Shown here: one piece after another, positions 43,488-53,617 of the stretch
Layout of the letters: each line of letters opens with the position of its first letter
Position numbering within the stretch: the stretch's first letter is position 1
Assembly: GCA_049603795.1 (NCBI GenBank)
Contig: JBMYSY010000010.1
Location: forward strand, 25,851-89,850
Source of the DNA: Magnetovibrionaceae bacterium
GTDB lineage: Bacteria; Pseudomonadota; Alphaproteobacteria; Rhodospirillales; JBMYSY01
DNA length: 64,000 nucleotides
Reading direction: 5' to 3'
Notes under the pieces: generated by a model
Database searches by the model: none
What the model saw: the letters and a program-made list of their open reading frames with translations, nothing else
Told to the model about the DNA's origin: nothing
Program-made: the position numbers and the translations under genes

Positions 43488-45239
43488 TCAGGTGCCCTGC
43501 CCTTTGATGTCGTCCAGGCGCGCGCGCGTCGTGATCACGTCCGGGTCGCAAACCAGTTCAATCACGCTGGCGGTCTCGGCCTTCAGGGCCTTATCCAGAG
43601 CAGACGAGAAGTCCTCTGTCCGTTCCACCCGATGACCATTGATCCCAAAACTGCGCGCAAGCGCGGCAAAATCCGGATTATGCAGCGCCGTTGCATGGGC
43701 CCGACCCGGATGGCGCTTTTCCTGGTGCATGCGGATCGTCCCATACTGGCTGTTATTGAAGACCAGGATCACAGGTGCCGCGCCTTCCTGAGCGGCGGTC
43801 AGCAATTCCATCCCAGTCATGCCGAACCCACCATCGCCCACACAACCGATCACCTGGCGCTTGGGCTGTGCGATCTTCGCCGCGATGGCTGCCGGTACGG
43901 CATAACCCATGGCCCCACTGGTCGGCCCCAGCAGTCGCCGCCCACCCCCAAAGGTAAGGAAGCGCTGCGGCCAGCCCGCGAAATTCCCGGCATCCACCGT
44001 GATGATGGCGTCCAGGCTCAAGCGGTCTTCCAGAATCGCCATAACTCCGGCGAGATCGAGCGGCCCGCCCGTCAGGTTGGGTTTGCGGTCCTGTTCGTGC
44101 CCGGCCCTGGCGCTTCGACACCATGCCCCACGGTCATAATCACCGAGCAGTTTCAGATCGACGGAAGCCAAGGCGAAGAGGTTGGGATGGGCATGGATGG
44201 CCAAATCAGGTTCGAACACCCGTCCCAGGTGCCCGCGATCGGCCTGAACATGAACAAGCTTCGGGCGCACATCGGCAAACAGGCCGTAGCCCTGGGTCGT
44301 CATTTCACCCAGCCGACAACCGACGGCAACGATCAAATCCGCCGATTTAATGGTTTTCAGCAGGTTCGGACCGGGACCGATCCCAAGATCCCCGATAAAC
44401 AACGGGTGGTGATTGTCGAACAAATCATGGCGCCGGAAGGAGGTGGCGACCGGCATGCCAAAGGTCTCGGCGAAAGATCGAATGGCCCCCTTGCCTTCTT
44501 CGGTCCAGCCGCCGCCACCCAACAACAGGATGGGCCGCTCAGCCTCGGCCAGCAGATCCTCCAGGTCTTCAAGGTCCTCTATTTCAGGCTCGGCCTGACG
44601 CACCATAAGAGGTTTTACGGGCGGTGTGGACAAACGTTCCGAAAGCCGGTCTTCAGGCAGGGCCAGGACCACAGGGCCTGCCCGCCCGGACTGAGCGACG
44701 CGAAAGGCCCTCGCCATATCGCCGGGGATCGAGGCTGTCTCGGTCACCTGATCAGCCTGCTTGGCCAGGTCGCCAAACATCCACCGGTAATCCACTTCCT
44801 GGAAAGCTTCCCGGCCCCGGTGCCGATCCGGAACCTGCCCGACCAGCAAGACCATCGGGGTCGAGTCCTGCTTTGCCGTATGCACACCGATCGAGGCATT
44901 GCAGGCACCGGGTCCCCGCGTTACCAGGCAAACGCCGGTCTTGCCCGTCAGCTTGGCATAGGCCTCGGCCATATTGGCGGCACCATGTTCGTGTCGGCAG
45001 GTAACGACTCGGATGGGCGGATCAGAGTCGTAGAGCGCGTCCAGAACCTCCAGATAGCTCTCGCCGGGTACGCAAAAGACGGTATCGACACCGTGCAGCG
45101 CCAGGGCCTCGACCACCAGTTCTCCGCCGCCGGACAGACCGTCCGGGGTTGGCTTGCGCCGAAAGGTGGGCTCGCTTCCGCGTTCTGACACGGTTTCATC
45201 CCTTTCATCAGGGCCGACTCTGGTCGAGACATGGGTCAT
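43488..45239 (-). CDS. Thiamine pyrophosphate-dependent enzyme (acetolactate synthase-like family)
   Basis: 583 aa. N-terminal GGELVVEALALHGVDTVFCVPGESY, TPP-binding GDGGFGMTGMEL ... NNSQYGTI. Substrate not assignable. Confidence 0.85.
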   Translation of the reverse strand: MTHVSTRVGPDERDETVSERGSEPTFRRKPTPDGLSGGGELVVEALALHGVDTVFCVPGESYLEVLDALYDSDPPIRVVTCRHEHGAANMAEAYAKLTGKTGVCLVTRGPGACNASIGVHTAKQDSTPMVLLVGQVPDRHRGREAFQEVDYRWMFGDLAKQADQVTETASIPGDMARAFRVAQSGRAGPVVLALPEDRLSERLSTPPVKPLMVRQAEPEIEDLEDLEDLLAEAERPILLLGGGGWTEEGKGAIRSFAETFGMPVATSFRRHDLFDNHHPLFIGDLGIGPGPNLLKTIKSADLIVAVGCRLGEMTTQGYGLFADVRPKLVHVQADRGHLGRVFEPDLAIHAHPNLFALASVDLKLLGDYDRGAWCRSARAGHEQDRKPNLTGGPLDLAGVMAILEDRLSLDAIITVDAGNFAGWPQRFLTFGGGRRLLGPTSGAMGYAVPAAIAAKIAQPKRQVIGCVGDGGFGMTGMELLTAAQEGAAPVILVFNNSQYGTIRMHQEKRHPGRAHATALHNPDFAALARSFGINGHRVERTEDFSSALDKALKAETASVIELVCDPDVITTRARLDDIKGQGT

Positions 45240-45417
45240 GACCAGAGGATAGCGAACCCACGGGGTTTGGCACGAAAAATTTCATTTTTGGCACCTCTGA
45301 GACAGCTTTTTGCCAGATTCCCCAAGCAGCCGTTGACCGAAAACCCCACCTCTTCCCATAATCAAGAGGAAACAAGGACCGGTTTCACCTGACGGTCTGT
45401 AAAGGCGCTGATCCTCC

Positions 45418-45789
45418 ATGACAGATGATTTCGAACGCCCCTATTCAGCCGTGACAAGCCGACCTCAGCGCGCGACCGAGGCCACGGCCCTCTATGCCGT
45501 CGGGCAGTTGGTGGAGCATGAGTTGTTTGAATACCGGGGCGTTGTGGTCGATGTGGACCCCTTTTTTCAAGGTTCCGAGAACTGGTACAACAAGGTCGCG
45601 CGATCCCGCCCGCCAAAGGACCGCCCCTGGTACCATGTCCTGGTTGACGGTTCCGATCAGCGGACCTACGTGGCCGAACGCAACCTGAAGGCGGATTTGA
45701 GCGGCAAACCGATCAAGCACCCCGAGGTAGAGGACTTCTTCGACGTACTGTCGCAGGATGGTTATGTGGGCCGCAAGCCGTTGATGTAA
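45418..45789 (+). CDS. hspQ: Heat-shock protein HspQ (YccV-like hemimethylated-DNA-binding domain)
   Basis: 123 aa. GQLVEHELFEYRGVVVDVDP ... PWYHVLVDG ... TYVAERNL is typical of HspQ. Confidence 0.85.
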   Translation: MTDDFERPYSAVTSRPQRATEATALYAVGQLVEHELFEYRGVVVDVDPFFQGSENWYNKVARSRPPKDRPWYHVLVDGSDQRTYVAERNLKADLSGKPIKHPEVEDFFDVLSQDGYVGRKPLM

Positions 45790-45803
45790 TCGCTTCTGGC
45801 CGC

Positions 45804-46568
45804 TTGTCTTCGGCCTCTCCGCCCGTTAAGCCAGACCATCAACTCTTCCGCTCCAGAAGGACGTCCATCGCCGTGACAAGCCCTGCTACATCTTCCCCTG
45901 CCGCCTCACCTTTCGGCCGAGAGACCGCCCGGATCCTCCTCGACATCAAAGCCGTCAATTTCCGCCCGAAAGAGCCTTATACGTTGACCGCTGGCTGGGC
46001 GAGTCCGGTCTATATCGATTGCCGGAAGCTCATTTCCTTCGTGCCGGAGCGTCGTCGCGTGATCGAAATGGCCACAGAACTGCTGAAGTCCGCCGTTGAC
46101 CTGGAACAGGTCGGTGCCCTTGCCGGTGGCGAAACCGCCGGCATCCCCTACGCCGCCTGGCTGTCGGAATCGACGGGCATCCCGATGGTCTATGTGCGCA
46201 AAAAACCCAAAGGCTTCGGGCGAATGGCGCAGATCGAAGGCGATCTGCCGCCGGGCAAGACCGCCATCCTGGTCGAAGATCTGGCAACGGACGGCGGCAG
46301 CAAGCTGACCTTCGTCAACGTGCTGCGCGAGGCCGATACAACCGTTACCGACAGCTTTGTCGTCTTCTTCTATGGTGCCTTCGCCAATGCCCTGGATTCA
46401 TTAAAAGAACACGACCTGAACCTGCATTACCTGGCGACCTGGCATGACGTTCTGGCCGAAGCCGAAGCGGGCCAGGATTTCGATGCGGAAACCCTGGATG
46501 GCGTTCGGGATTTCCTTGCCGATCCGATCGCCTGGTCAGCCCGTCACGGTGGCCGCGACAAGGCCTAA
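45804..46568 (+). CDS. pyrE: Orotate phosphoribosyltransferase
   Basis: PRPP-binding motif AILVEDLATDGGSK. GETAGIPYAAW. True start may be GTG 45873 rather than TTG 45804. Confidence 0.85.
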   Translation: MSSASPPVKPDHQLFRSRRTSIAVTSPATSSPAASPFGRETARILLDIKAVNFRPKEPYTLTAGWASPVYIDCRKLISFVPERRRVIEMATELLKSAVDLEQVGALAGGETAGIPYAAWLSESTGIPMVYVRKKPKGFGRMAQIEGDLPPGKTAILVEDLATDGGSKLTFVNVLREADTTVTDSFVVFFYGAFANALDSLKEHDLNLHYLATWHDVLAEAEAGQDFDAETLDGVRDFLADPIAWSARHGGRDKA

Positions 46569-46574
46569 TCGGGC

Positions 46575-47996
46575 TTACCAACTGTCCTCGGCCTGGGCCG
46601 GGCCGCTGGTGGGCCGGGCAGGCAAAGTGATCGTCAGACTCAAGCCGCCTTCGGCGCGGTTCTCGAGTTCGATTTCCCCGCCGTGTGCCCGCGTGATCGA
46701 TCGAACGACGGCCAAACCCAAGCCCGATCCGGCCTGATCCAGGTTTCGGGCCTCGTCCAGCCGGAAAAACGGCTTGAACACATCGTCCCGCCGGTCCTCG
46801 GGGATGCCGGGTCCCTGGTCATCGACCCGGACCAAGACGGCATCGTGCTCCGCGACCAGAGAGACCCGCGCGCTATCCCCGTATTTCACGGCATTGTCGA
46901 TGACATTGCCGAGCGCGCGCTTCAGGGCCAGGGCACGTCCTTCAAATATCAGCGTCTCTGGCCCCAGATAGGTGACGTCCCGGCCCAGTTCCACCTGCCC
47001 CTGGACGGCCTCCTTAACCAAGGCGGCCAGATCCACTTCGCCCAGGGGCTCCTTCGCGGCATCATCCCGCGCGAAGGCGAGCGTGCCGGCGATCATGGAT
47101 TCCATGGTGTCCAGGTCGTTCAGCATGCGCTTGCGCATGTCCTCGTCATCCAGGAACTCCGCCCGAAGCTTCAATCGCGTGATCGGTGTTCTCAGGTCGT
47201 GGCTGATTGCAGCCAGCATCTGGGTTCGGTCCTGAATGTAACTTTTTAGCCGCCCCTGCATCAGATTGAACGCCTGGGCCGCATCACGCACCTCGTCGGG
47301 CCCCTCTTCGGGCAGAGCCGGCGCGTTGACGTCCCTTCCCAGGCGTTCTGCGGCCAGCGCAAACAGCCGCAGGGGCGAAGAAGACCGGTTCACCGCCCAG
47401 AATGCCACCAGCAAAACCGTAAACGTCAGCGCCAGAACGGACAGAAAGAAGCCCGACGTCCAGAAACTCTCCAACTTGACGAAGGGGGCCATGAAATTCA
47501 CCCAGCCGCCGTCACTCAAAGGAACGGAAACGAACAAGGCCTCCGAACCCGCCTCCGGCTCCACCCTGCGCATCCAATCGGTCATGCCGTCTAAGAAGGG
47601 ATGGCCGGGAAAGAGCACTTCCGGCGCACCGTAGGAGATCGCGGTCCGGGCCGTATCCATCTCGCCGTCGTGGTCTTTCAGGAGCCCGGCAAACATCCGC
47701 GCCCGCCAGTCCCGGACCCGCTGTTCGACCAGGGGTTCGGAAGACAGCCAAGTGGTCATCCAGCGCCGCCCCCCCAACACACGGGCCAGCTCCTGGCGGC
47801 GGTCCGGGGGTGCAGCCTCCATGACAGCCGCAACGGTCACGACCCGCTCAGCCACCAGATGGACCCGTGCCGTTGCGACCGTGTCCTGGCGGTCAGTGGC
47901 GTAAATCACCAATCCGATGACCTGGGACACCACAAGGCCGGTCAGCAGCACGAGAACCAGGCGACCGACGATCGATCCCGGCAGGCGCGGTCGCAT
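46575..47996 (-). CDS. EnvZ-like membrane sensor histidine kinase (HAMP, HisKA, HATPase)
   Basis: 473 aa. H-box AAISHDLRTPITRL, N-box GNVIDNAVKYG, DDQGPGIP, GSGLGLAVVRS. Confidence 0.9.
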   Translation of the reverse strand: MRPRLPGSIVGRLVLVLLTGLVVSQVIGLVIYATDRQDTVATARVHLVAERVVTVAAVMEAAPPDRRQELARVLGGRRWMTTWLSSEPLVEQRVRDWRARMFAGLLKDHDGEMDTARTAISYGAPEVLFPGHPFLDGMTDWMRRVEPEAGSEALFVSVPLSDGGWVNFMAPFVKLESFWTSGFFLSVLALTFTVLLVAFWAVNRSSSPLRLFALAAERLGRDVNAPALPEEGPDEVRDAAQAFNLMQGRLKSYIQDRTQMLAAISHDLRTPITRLKLRAEFLDDEDMRKRMLNDLDTMESMIAGTLAFARDDAAKEPLGEVDLAALVKEAVQGQVELGRDVTYLGPETLIFEGRALALKRALGNVIDNAVKYGDSARVSLVAEHDAVLVRVDDQGPGIPEDRRDDVFKPFFRLDEARNLDQAGSGLGLAVVRSITRAHGGEIELENRAEGGLSLTITLPARPTSGPAQAEDSW

Positions 47997-48721
47997 CAGG
48001 CCTTAGCCTTGACCGTAGGCGAGAAAAGATAGCCCCCACCACGGACGGTCTTGATCAATGTCGGCTCCTTAGGGTCAAGCTCCAGCTTCCTTCGCAACCG
48101 GCTGATCTGGACATCAATAGAGCGATCATAGGGCTGGGCATCCCGTCCACGCGCCAGATCCAGCAACTGATCCCGGCTGAGAACCCGCCCGGGATGGGAA
48201 GCCAGGACAACCAAAAGATCGTACTCGCCGGTCGACAGATGCACATGGTCGCCCTCAGGGTTCAGCAGGCGCCTGGAATCCCGGTCCAGGGTCCAGTCGT
48301 CGAAGCTGAGCACGGCACCGGCCTCTTCCGCGCCGACGATGCGCGGGCGCTGCTCGACCCGGCGCATCACGGCCTTCATTCGGGCCAACAATTCCCGAGG
48401 ATTAAAGGGCTTCGGCAGGTAGTCGTCCGCCCCGATTTCAAGGCCGACGATGCGATCCGTCTCTTCGCCCATCGCCGTCAGCATAATGACCGGGATGTCG
48501 GTCTGGTTGCGCAGCTTGGCGCAAAGGCTCAAACCATCCTCCCCGGGCAGCATGAGGTCGAGCACAATCAAGTCCACACCACGGTCTTCCAGGACCGACC
48601 ACATCTCCTTGCCGTCTGCGGCCGTGGCAACGCGGAAGGCGTGGTTTTTCAGAAATCGCGCCAACAGGTCACGGATTTCCCGGTCGTCATCGACCACCAG
48701 AATGAGCGGTTCTTGTTCCAT
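47996..48721 (-). CDS. OmpR-family response regulator
   Basis: 241 aa. REC domain (ILVVDDD, LIVLDLMLPGEDG) plus winged-helix C-domain (IKTVRGGGYLF). 1-nt overlap with the kinase start. Confidence 0.92.
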   Translation of the reverse strand: MEQEPLILVVDDDREIRDLLARFLKNHAFRVATAADGKEMWSVLEDRGVDLIVLDLMLPGEDGLSLCAKLRNQTDIPVIMLTAMGEETDRIVGLEIGADDYLPKPFNPRELLARMKAVMRRVEQRPRIVGAEEAGAVLSFDDWTLDRDSRRLLNPEGDHVHLSTGEYDLLVVLASHPGRVLSRDQLLDLARGRDAQPYDRSIDVQISRLRRKLELDPKEPTLIKTVRGGGYLFSPTVKAKA

Positions 48722-49004
48722 GGATCTTAATATACCGCTCGAACGTCTTGAAAAAACGTCTTTTTATAGAGACATCCAGCCGAAACATAGCGTTACAAAA
48801 AAGCCTGTTTCCTGAAAACTCCGGGAAACGATTACCCCTTACCTTCATCATCATTGAGTTTCGGGCCTGCCGGGCATCGTGGTTCCCCTAATCACACCGT
48901 CCAGCGGGAATGAGGTCAAACAAGTCGCCGGGGTTCTGAAGAATCCGATATCGGGCCGATTGCTTGCTCCGCCTCCCCGCAGCCAACCATACCCCATCGC
49001 TCCT

Positions 49005-49047
49005 GAGTGAGCCGGTCGTCCCCAGCGACCGGCTCATTCCCTTTTGG
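49005..49047 (+). terminator. Intrinsic-terminator-like hairpin with no annotated upstream gene
   Basis: Stem GAGTGAGCCGGTCG (49005-49018) pairs with CGACCGGCTCATTC (49026-39; core 10 bp perfect). 7-nt loop, then CCTTTTGG. About 70 nt upstream of the binding-protein start. Confidence 0.45.
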
Positions 49048-49114
49048 CCTTACAATGGGGAGCCTTAGCAGCTACTTGATGGTTCAGGCTTTCTTTTTGC
49101 GTCTTGGAGTGGGC

Positions 49115-50800
49115 ATGCGGCTTTTGGCATTTCTTCCAACGGGTTTTGTTCTGGGTCTTTCGCTGTTCTCGTCGATGGTCTGTCTGGCTCCCCGTCCCGC
49201 TTGGGCGGACAAGGACTTGACCATCGGCATCACGCAGTATCCGGCGAATTACCACCCGTCAATCGAGTCGATGCTGGCCAAAACCTACATCCTGAGTGCG
49301 ACCCGGCGACCGATCACCATCTTCGATGCGGACTGGAACCTGATCTGCATGGCCTGCGAGACTCTGCCAACCCTGGAAAACGGCCTGGCGGAGCGATACA
49401 CGACGCCCGAAGGCAAAGAAGGCATCAAGGTTACCTATACGCTGAAGCCCGACCTGTTCTGGGGCGACGGGACACCGGTCACCACGAAGGACGTCCTGCA
49501 CACCTGGACTGTCGGGAAGCATCCGAAAAGCGGCTTTGGAGCCAGCGAGGTCTTCCGACGCATCCTGCAAATCGATGTGAAGGATGACCGCACATTCACG
49601 CTTCACCAGGACCGCGTGACCTTCCGCTATAACGCGATCAACGGGTTCGAGCTTTTGCCCGCCCACCTGGACGCTCCCTTTGCCGAAAACATGGATGGCT
49701 ATCGCCAACAGAATGCCTACGACGCCGACCCAACCCATCCGGGCCTGTATTTCGGCCCCTACGTCATTGCGGAAATAAAAACCGGCGCGGAAGTCACGCT
49801 CGCCCGAAATCCGCATTGGATGGGCAAGGCACCCTATTTCGAAACAATCTCTTTCCGCGCGATTGAGAACACGGCGGCCCTGGAGGCCAACCTGCTGTCG
49901 GACGGCATCGACATGATCGCTGGCGAATTGGGACTGACGGTCGATCAGGCTCTCGCCTTCGAGAAGCGCCATGGCGAAAGCTTCACGGTGCGGTATCAGC
50001 CGGGGCTGATTTACGAACACATCGACCTGATGCTCGACAATCCGGCCCTCCGGGATGTCCGCGTCCGACAGGCCCTGTTGTTCGGACTGAACAGGGAGCT
50101 GATTTCGGAGCGCCTGTTCGGCGGACGGCAACCGGTCGCCGATTCTTCAATCAATCCGCTCGACTGGATCCACACGAAAGATCTACCGACCTACGCCTTC
50201 GACCCAAAGAAGGCCGCCGCCCTTCTGGATGAGGCCGGATACAGTGACATGAAGGATGGCGTCCGCCACAACGCTGCAGGGGAGCCGCTGCGGTTCGAAT
50301 TGATGACCACTGCCGGCAACCGCATTCGGGAAACCGTCCAGCAGGTCCTGCAAAGCCAATGGAAGGCCATCGGCATCGACGTTCGGATCAAGAACGAACC
50401 GCCCCGCGTGTTCTTCGGCGAAACGGTCACCAAACGGGCCTTTACCGGCATGGCCATGTTTGCCTGGATTTCCAGCCCGGAAAGCGTGCCCTTGACCACG
50501 CTGCGTTCCGACCACATCCCCAGTCCTGAAAACAACTGGGCGGGTCAGAACTACACCGGCTATCAAAGCGCCGAAATGGACCGCCTGATCGACGCTATCG
50601 AGGTCGAACTGGACCGGGACAAGCGCGAAGCCCTCTGGCACGATCTGCAGCGCCTCTACGCTCGGGACCTTCCCGCATTGCCCCTTTATTTTCGCGCCAA
50701 CCCCCATGTCTGGCCGAAAGGCCTCGAAGGCATCACGCCCACCGGCCACCAAGGGGTTTCGACCCTCTGGATCGAAGATTGGCGGAAGGTTAGCGACTGA
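49115..50800 (+). CDS. ABC transporter substrate-binding protein, family 5 (peptide/nickel type)
   Basis: ATG at 49115 with GGAG RBS gives a signal peptide (MRLLAFLPTGFVLGLSLFSSMVCLAPRPAWA). Size and motifs fit the DppA/OppA-type fold. Confidence 0.85.
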   Translation: MRLLAFLPTGFVLGLSLFSSMVCLAPRPAWADKDLTIGITQYPANYHPSIESMLAKTYILSATRRPITIFDADWNLICMACETLPTLENGLAERYTTPEGKEGIKVTYTLKPDLFWGDGTPVTTKDVLHTWTVGKHPKSGFGASEVFRRILQIDVKDDRTFTLHQDRVTFRYNAINGFELLPAHLDAPFAENMDGYRQQNAYDADPTHPGLYFGPYVIAEIKTGAEVTLARNPHWMGKAPYFETISFRAIENTAALEANLLSDGIDMIAGELGLTVDQALAFEKRHGESFTVRYQPGLIYEHIDLMLDNPALRDVRVRQALLFGLNRELISERLFGGRQPVADSSINPLDWIHTKDLPTYAFDPKKAAALLDEAGYSDMKDGVRHNAAGEPLRFELMTTAGNRIRETVQQVLQSQWKAIGIDVRIKNEPPRVFFGETVTKRAFTGMAMFAWISSPESVPLTTLRSDHIPSPENNWAGQNYTGYQSAEMDRLIDAIEVELDRDKREALWHDLQRLYARDLPALPLYFRANPHVWPKGLEGITPTGHQGVSTLWIEDWRKVSD

Positions 50801-51893
50801 AAGCCACGGCCTTCATCAAGGCGATGACCGTCTCCCCCGGCTGCAGGTTCAAGCGGTCATAGGATTTCCGGCTGAGCCGCGCGATGATCGGGTCGCCCTT
50901 GCCGGCGGGGCCCAACTTCAAATGCACAGTCACCATGAAATCGCCAAAGGGCTCCGTGACCAGGATGCGGGCCGGCAGCGCATTGTTGATCGAGGAACCC
51001 TCGGGCGCGCGTTGACGGCAAAGAGCGATATCAGAAGCCAGAATGCGAAGCCGCCGCCTTTGTCCCGGTTCGGCTGTCCTGCCTCCCGCAACAAAGACCT
51101 CGGCCCCGCCGACGCTCAGTGTCGTCATGCCATAGTGTTCGTTGTAGTCGACCACCGTGCCTTCCAGAACACTTGCAGCGCCCACCATGCTTGAAAGAGG
51201 AAGCCCCGGGTCGGTCAAGGCGGGTGCCAGAGGCCCGGCGTATTCAACGCCACCGGATTTCATCAGGACGAGCGTGTCCGCCAGCCGCTCGACCTCGGCG
51301 ATATCGTGACTGACGTAGAAGACCGGGATCGAGAGCTCGTCGTGCAGACGCTCCAGATACGGCAGGATGTCATCCTTTGCGAAGCGGTCGAGAGCGCTCA
51401 AGGGTTCATCCATCAACAGCACTTCCGGTTCCGACAACAAGGCACGCCCAATCGCGACCCTTTGCCGTTCCCCGCCGGACAGAACGGATACGGGGCGGTC
51501 CATGAGGCGCTCCAGACCCAGCAATCCCACAACGTCGTCGAGCGAAACGGCGGCGTCCTTGGCTCTCCCGGCCTTGAGGGCGCGCTTGCGGCCATAGGTC
51601 AGGTTCGACGGCACGGACAGGTGGTCGAACAGACTGGCTTCCTGAAACACATAGCCGACTGCACGTTTATGCGGTTCCTTGAAGAAGCGACCGTCCTGCC
51701 AAACCTGCTGGCCGATGCGAAAGTGCCCGTCGAGATTGTTCAGCCCCGCGATACAGCGCAGCACGGTTGTCTTTCCGCAGCCGGAGGGCCCAAACAGGGC
51801 CGTCACTCCCTTTGCAGGGACAGTAAACCGGCAATCCAGCTTGAAATCGCCCTGAGTGCCCTGGAAACAGGCATCGATACGGGGGTCAGCCAC
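50790..51893 (-). CDS. modC: Molybdate ABC transporter ATP-binding protein
   Basis: Walker A GPSGCGKTT, signature LSGGERQRVAIGRAL. C-terminal TOBE-like domain. Follows modB. Confidence 0.9.
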   Translation of the reverse strand: MADPRIDACFQGTQGDFKLDCRFTVPAKGVTALFGPSGCGKTTVLRCIAGLNNLDGHFRIGQQVWQDGRFFKEPHKRAVGYVFQEASLFDHLSVPSNLTYGRKRALKAGRAKDAAVSLDDVVGLLGLERLMDRPVSVLSGGERQRVAIGRALLSEPEVLLMDEPLSALDRFAKDDILPYLERLHDELSIPVFYVSHDIAEVERLADTLVLMKSGGVEYAGPLAPALTDPGLPLSSMVGAASVLEGTVVDYNEHYGMTTLSVGGAEVFVAGGRTAEPGQRRRLRILASDIALCRQRAPEGSSINNALPARILVTEPFGDFMVTVHLKLGPAGKGDPIIARLSRKSYDRLNLQPGETVIALMKAVAFSR

Positions 51894-51896
51894 GGT

Positions 51897-52568
51897 TCAA
51901 CCCCGCCTCGTCTTGCTGCCGATGCGCCGGTCGGTCAACAGCATGGTCAGGATCACCAAGAAGGAGAAAATCACCATGCCACCGGCCAGAATGTGCGCCT
52001 TATCCCACTCCAGCGCCTCGACATGGTCATAGATGGCAATCGACAAAACCTGGGTTTCTCCGGGAATGTTGCCCCCGATCATCAGGATGACACCGAATTC
52101 GCCCACGGTATGGGCAAAGGACAACACGGCACCGGAAAGGAAGCCCCGACGGGCAAGCGGCACAGCGACCGTGAAGAACCGGTCCAGCGGAGAAGCCCGC
52201 AAGGTGGCCGCGACCTCCATCGGCCTGTTCCCCAGAGCCTCGAAAGCGTTTCGGATCGGCTGGACGGCAAACGGCATGGAATAAATCACCGACCCCACAA
52301 CCAGTCCTTCGAAGCTGAAAGCCAAAGAGTGGCCGAGGAGACCGGTGACAGCGCCGCCCAAGGCACTGGCGGGGCTGAATACGATCAACAGGTAAAAGCC
52401 GAGAACAGTCGGAGGTAGAACCAGAGGCAGGGTCACGACGGCACCGACAGCCTCTTTCCACCAGGCATTGGACCGCGCCAACCACCAGGCGATAGGCGTG
52501 CCAATGATCAGCAGGATCAGGGTCGTCGTGGCTGCGAGCTTGATGGTGATCCAGATGGCATCGGCCAT
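51897..52568 (-). CDS. modB: Molybdate ABC transporter permease
   Basis: Multi-TM CysTW/ModB-type permease. ATG at 52568 with GAGGAA RBS preferred over ATG at 52592. Confidence 0.88.
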   Translation of the reverse strand: MADAIWITIKLAATTTLILLIIGTPIAWWLARSNAWWKEAVGAVVTLPLVLPPTVLGFYLLIVFSPASALGGAVTGLLGHSLAFSFEGLVVGSVIYSMPFAVQPIRNAFEALGNRPMEVAATLRASPLDRFFTVAVPLARRGFLSGAVLSFAHTVGEFGVILMIGGNIPGETQVLSIAIYDHVEALEWDKAHILAGGMVIFSFLVILTMLLTDRRIGSKTRRG

Positions 52569-52575
52569 GGGTTCC

Positions 52576-53391
52576 TCAGTCCGGCTCCCCATACCCGAAA
52601 GTAGCCATGATCCTGCGGGATTCCGGCCCCTTCAGGAAATCGAGGAAGGCCATGGCGGCTGCGTTGCCTTCACCCGCCTTCAGCAAGACCGCCCCCTGGC
52701 GAATGGGCGAGTAGAACTCCGTCGGCACTTCCCAAACCGAGCCGCTTTTCCGACCGACAACCTGTGATAGGGCCACAAAACCCAGGTCGGCGGCACCGGA
52801 CGAAATGAACTGCAGGGTCTTGCTGACCGTATCGCCGCGCAGAATCTTCGGCTGCAACTTGTCTGCCACGTTCAATCGTTCCAGGACCTCCATGGATGCC
52901 ACGCCATAGGGTGCGACGGTTGGGTTGGCCATAACGAGCCGATTAAAGTCTCCGGCTTTAAGGACCTCTTCGCCCTGATCAACATAGCCTTCAACCGCGC
53001 TATAGAGGACGATGCGCCCGAAGGCATAGGTAAAATCCGTGCCCTCCACGGCGAATCCGTCCTGGATGGCCCTGCGGGGTGTTTCCTCATTCGCCGCCAG
53101 GAAGGCCGCAAAGGGCTCTCCCCTTGCGATTCGGCCATAGAGCTTGCCCGTGGATTCGAAGCTGAAGATGATCCGATGACCCGAAGCTTCCTGAAACGCT
53201 TCGGCGATTTTCTTAGCCGGTGCCGTAAAGTTCGCGGCAACGGCAACCTGGACCTCTTGGGCCGCAAAAACGCCACCGTGAAAACAAAGCCCCAGCGCCA
53301 AAAACAAGGCGAGAACCAGCGCCCTCCCGCCTGCCGAGAAGCCTGGACACCCGTAATTCCGACCGATCCAAAAGGCCATTTCGATGATCAT
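52576..53391 (-). CDS. modA: Molybdate ABC transporter periplasmic binding protein
   Basis: Signal peptide, then [18 protein letters not shown] and [17 protein letters not shown] motifs typical of ModA. Start is 53391 or 53379. Confidence 0.88.
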   Translation of the reverse strand: MIIEMAFWIGRNYGCPGFSAGGRALVLALFLALGLCFHGGVFAAQEVQVAVAANFTAPAKKIAEAFQEASGHRIIFSFESTGKLYGRIARGEPFAAFLAANEETPRRAIQDGFAVEGTDFTYAFGRIVLYSAVEGYVDQGEEVLKAGDFNRLVMANPTVAPYGVASMEVLERLNVADKLQPKILRGDTVSKTLQFISSGAADLGFVALSQVVGRKSGSVWEVPTEFYSPIRQGAVLLKAGEGNAAAMAFLDFLKGPESRRIMATFGYGEPD

Positions 53392-53617
53392 TTCCAGCGT
53401 AATATACCAGTAGAGAATACCGGGCGACTATGGAAGATGAAAGCGATTATGCCCGCTTTGTCATGGAACAGGCCCATATTTTCCACCCTTCGAAAGTGCA
53501 GCGCTGCGCCCGAAAATCCATAGCGGCCGATAAGGCGGGTCGGCAAAGAGCCTATCGACGCACCGCGCCGCAATCAGTAGGCTGAAGGCATTGCCCTGCT
53601 GGATTTGCTGCCGTCAC

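Noticed and set aside
43230-45188. 652-aa ORF on the plus strand
   Set aside because: It is antisense to the TPP-dependent enzyme and ELM1-like genes. The translation is Arg/Pro/Gly-rich with no motifs.
45266-45294. Two exact TTTGGCAC repeats 21 nt apart, considered as sigma54 -24 elements
   Set aside because: Neither TGGCAC is followed by a GC (-12) dinucleotide at the required spacing: the first gives ATTT/TTTC and the second AGAC. This could still be a regulator site, but I cannot support a promoter call.
53398-53422. CGTAATATAC-N-GAATACCG upstream of modA, considered as a ModE/MopA-type Mo-box
   Set aside because: Only one half (TATATTACG on the minus strand) approaches the TATAT..ACG pattern and the other half is degenerate. 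The element would sit only about 7-20 nt from the candidate start codons. A Moco riboswitch was also looked for, and no conserved elements were seen.
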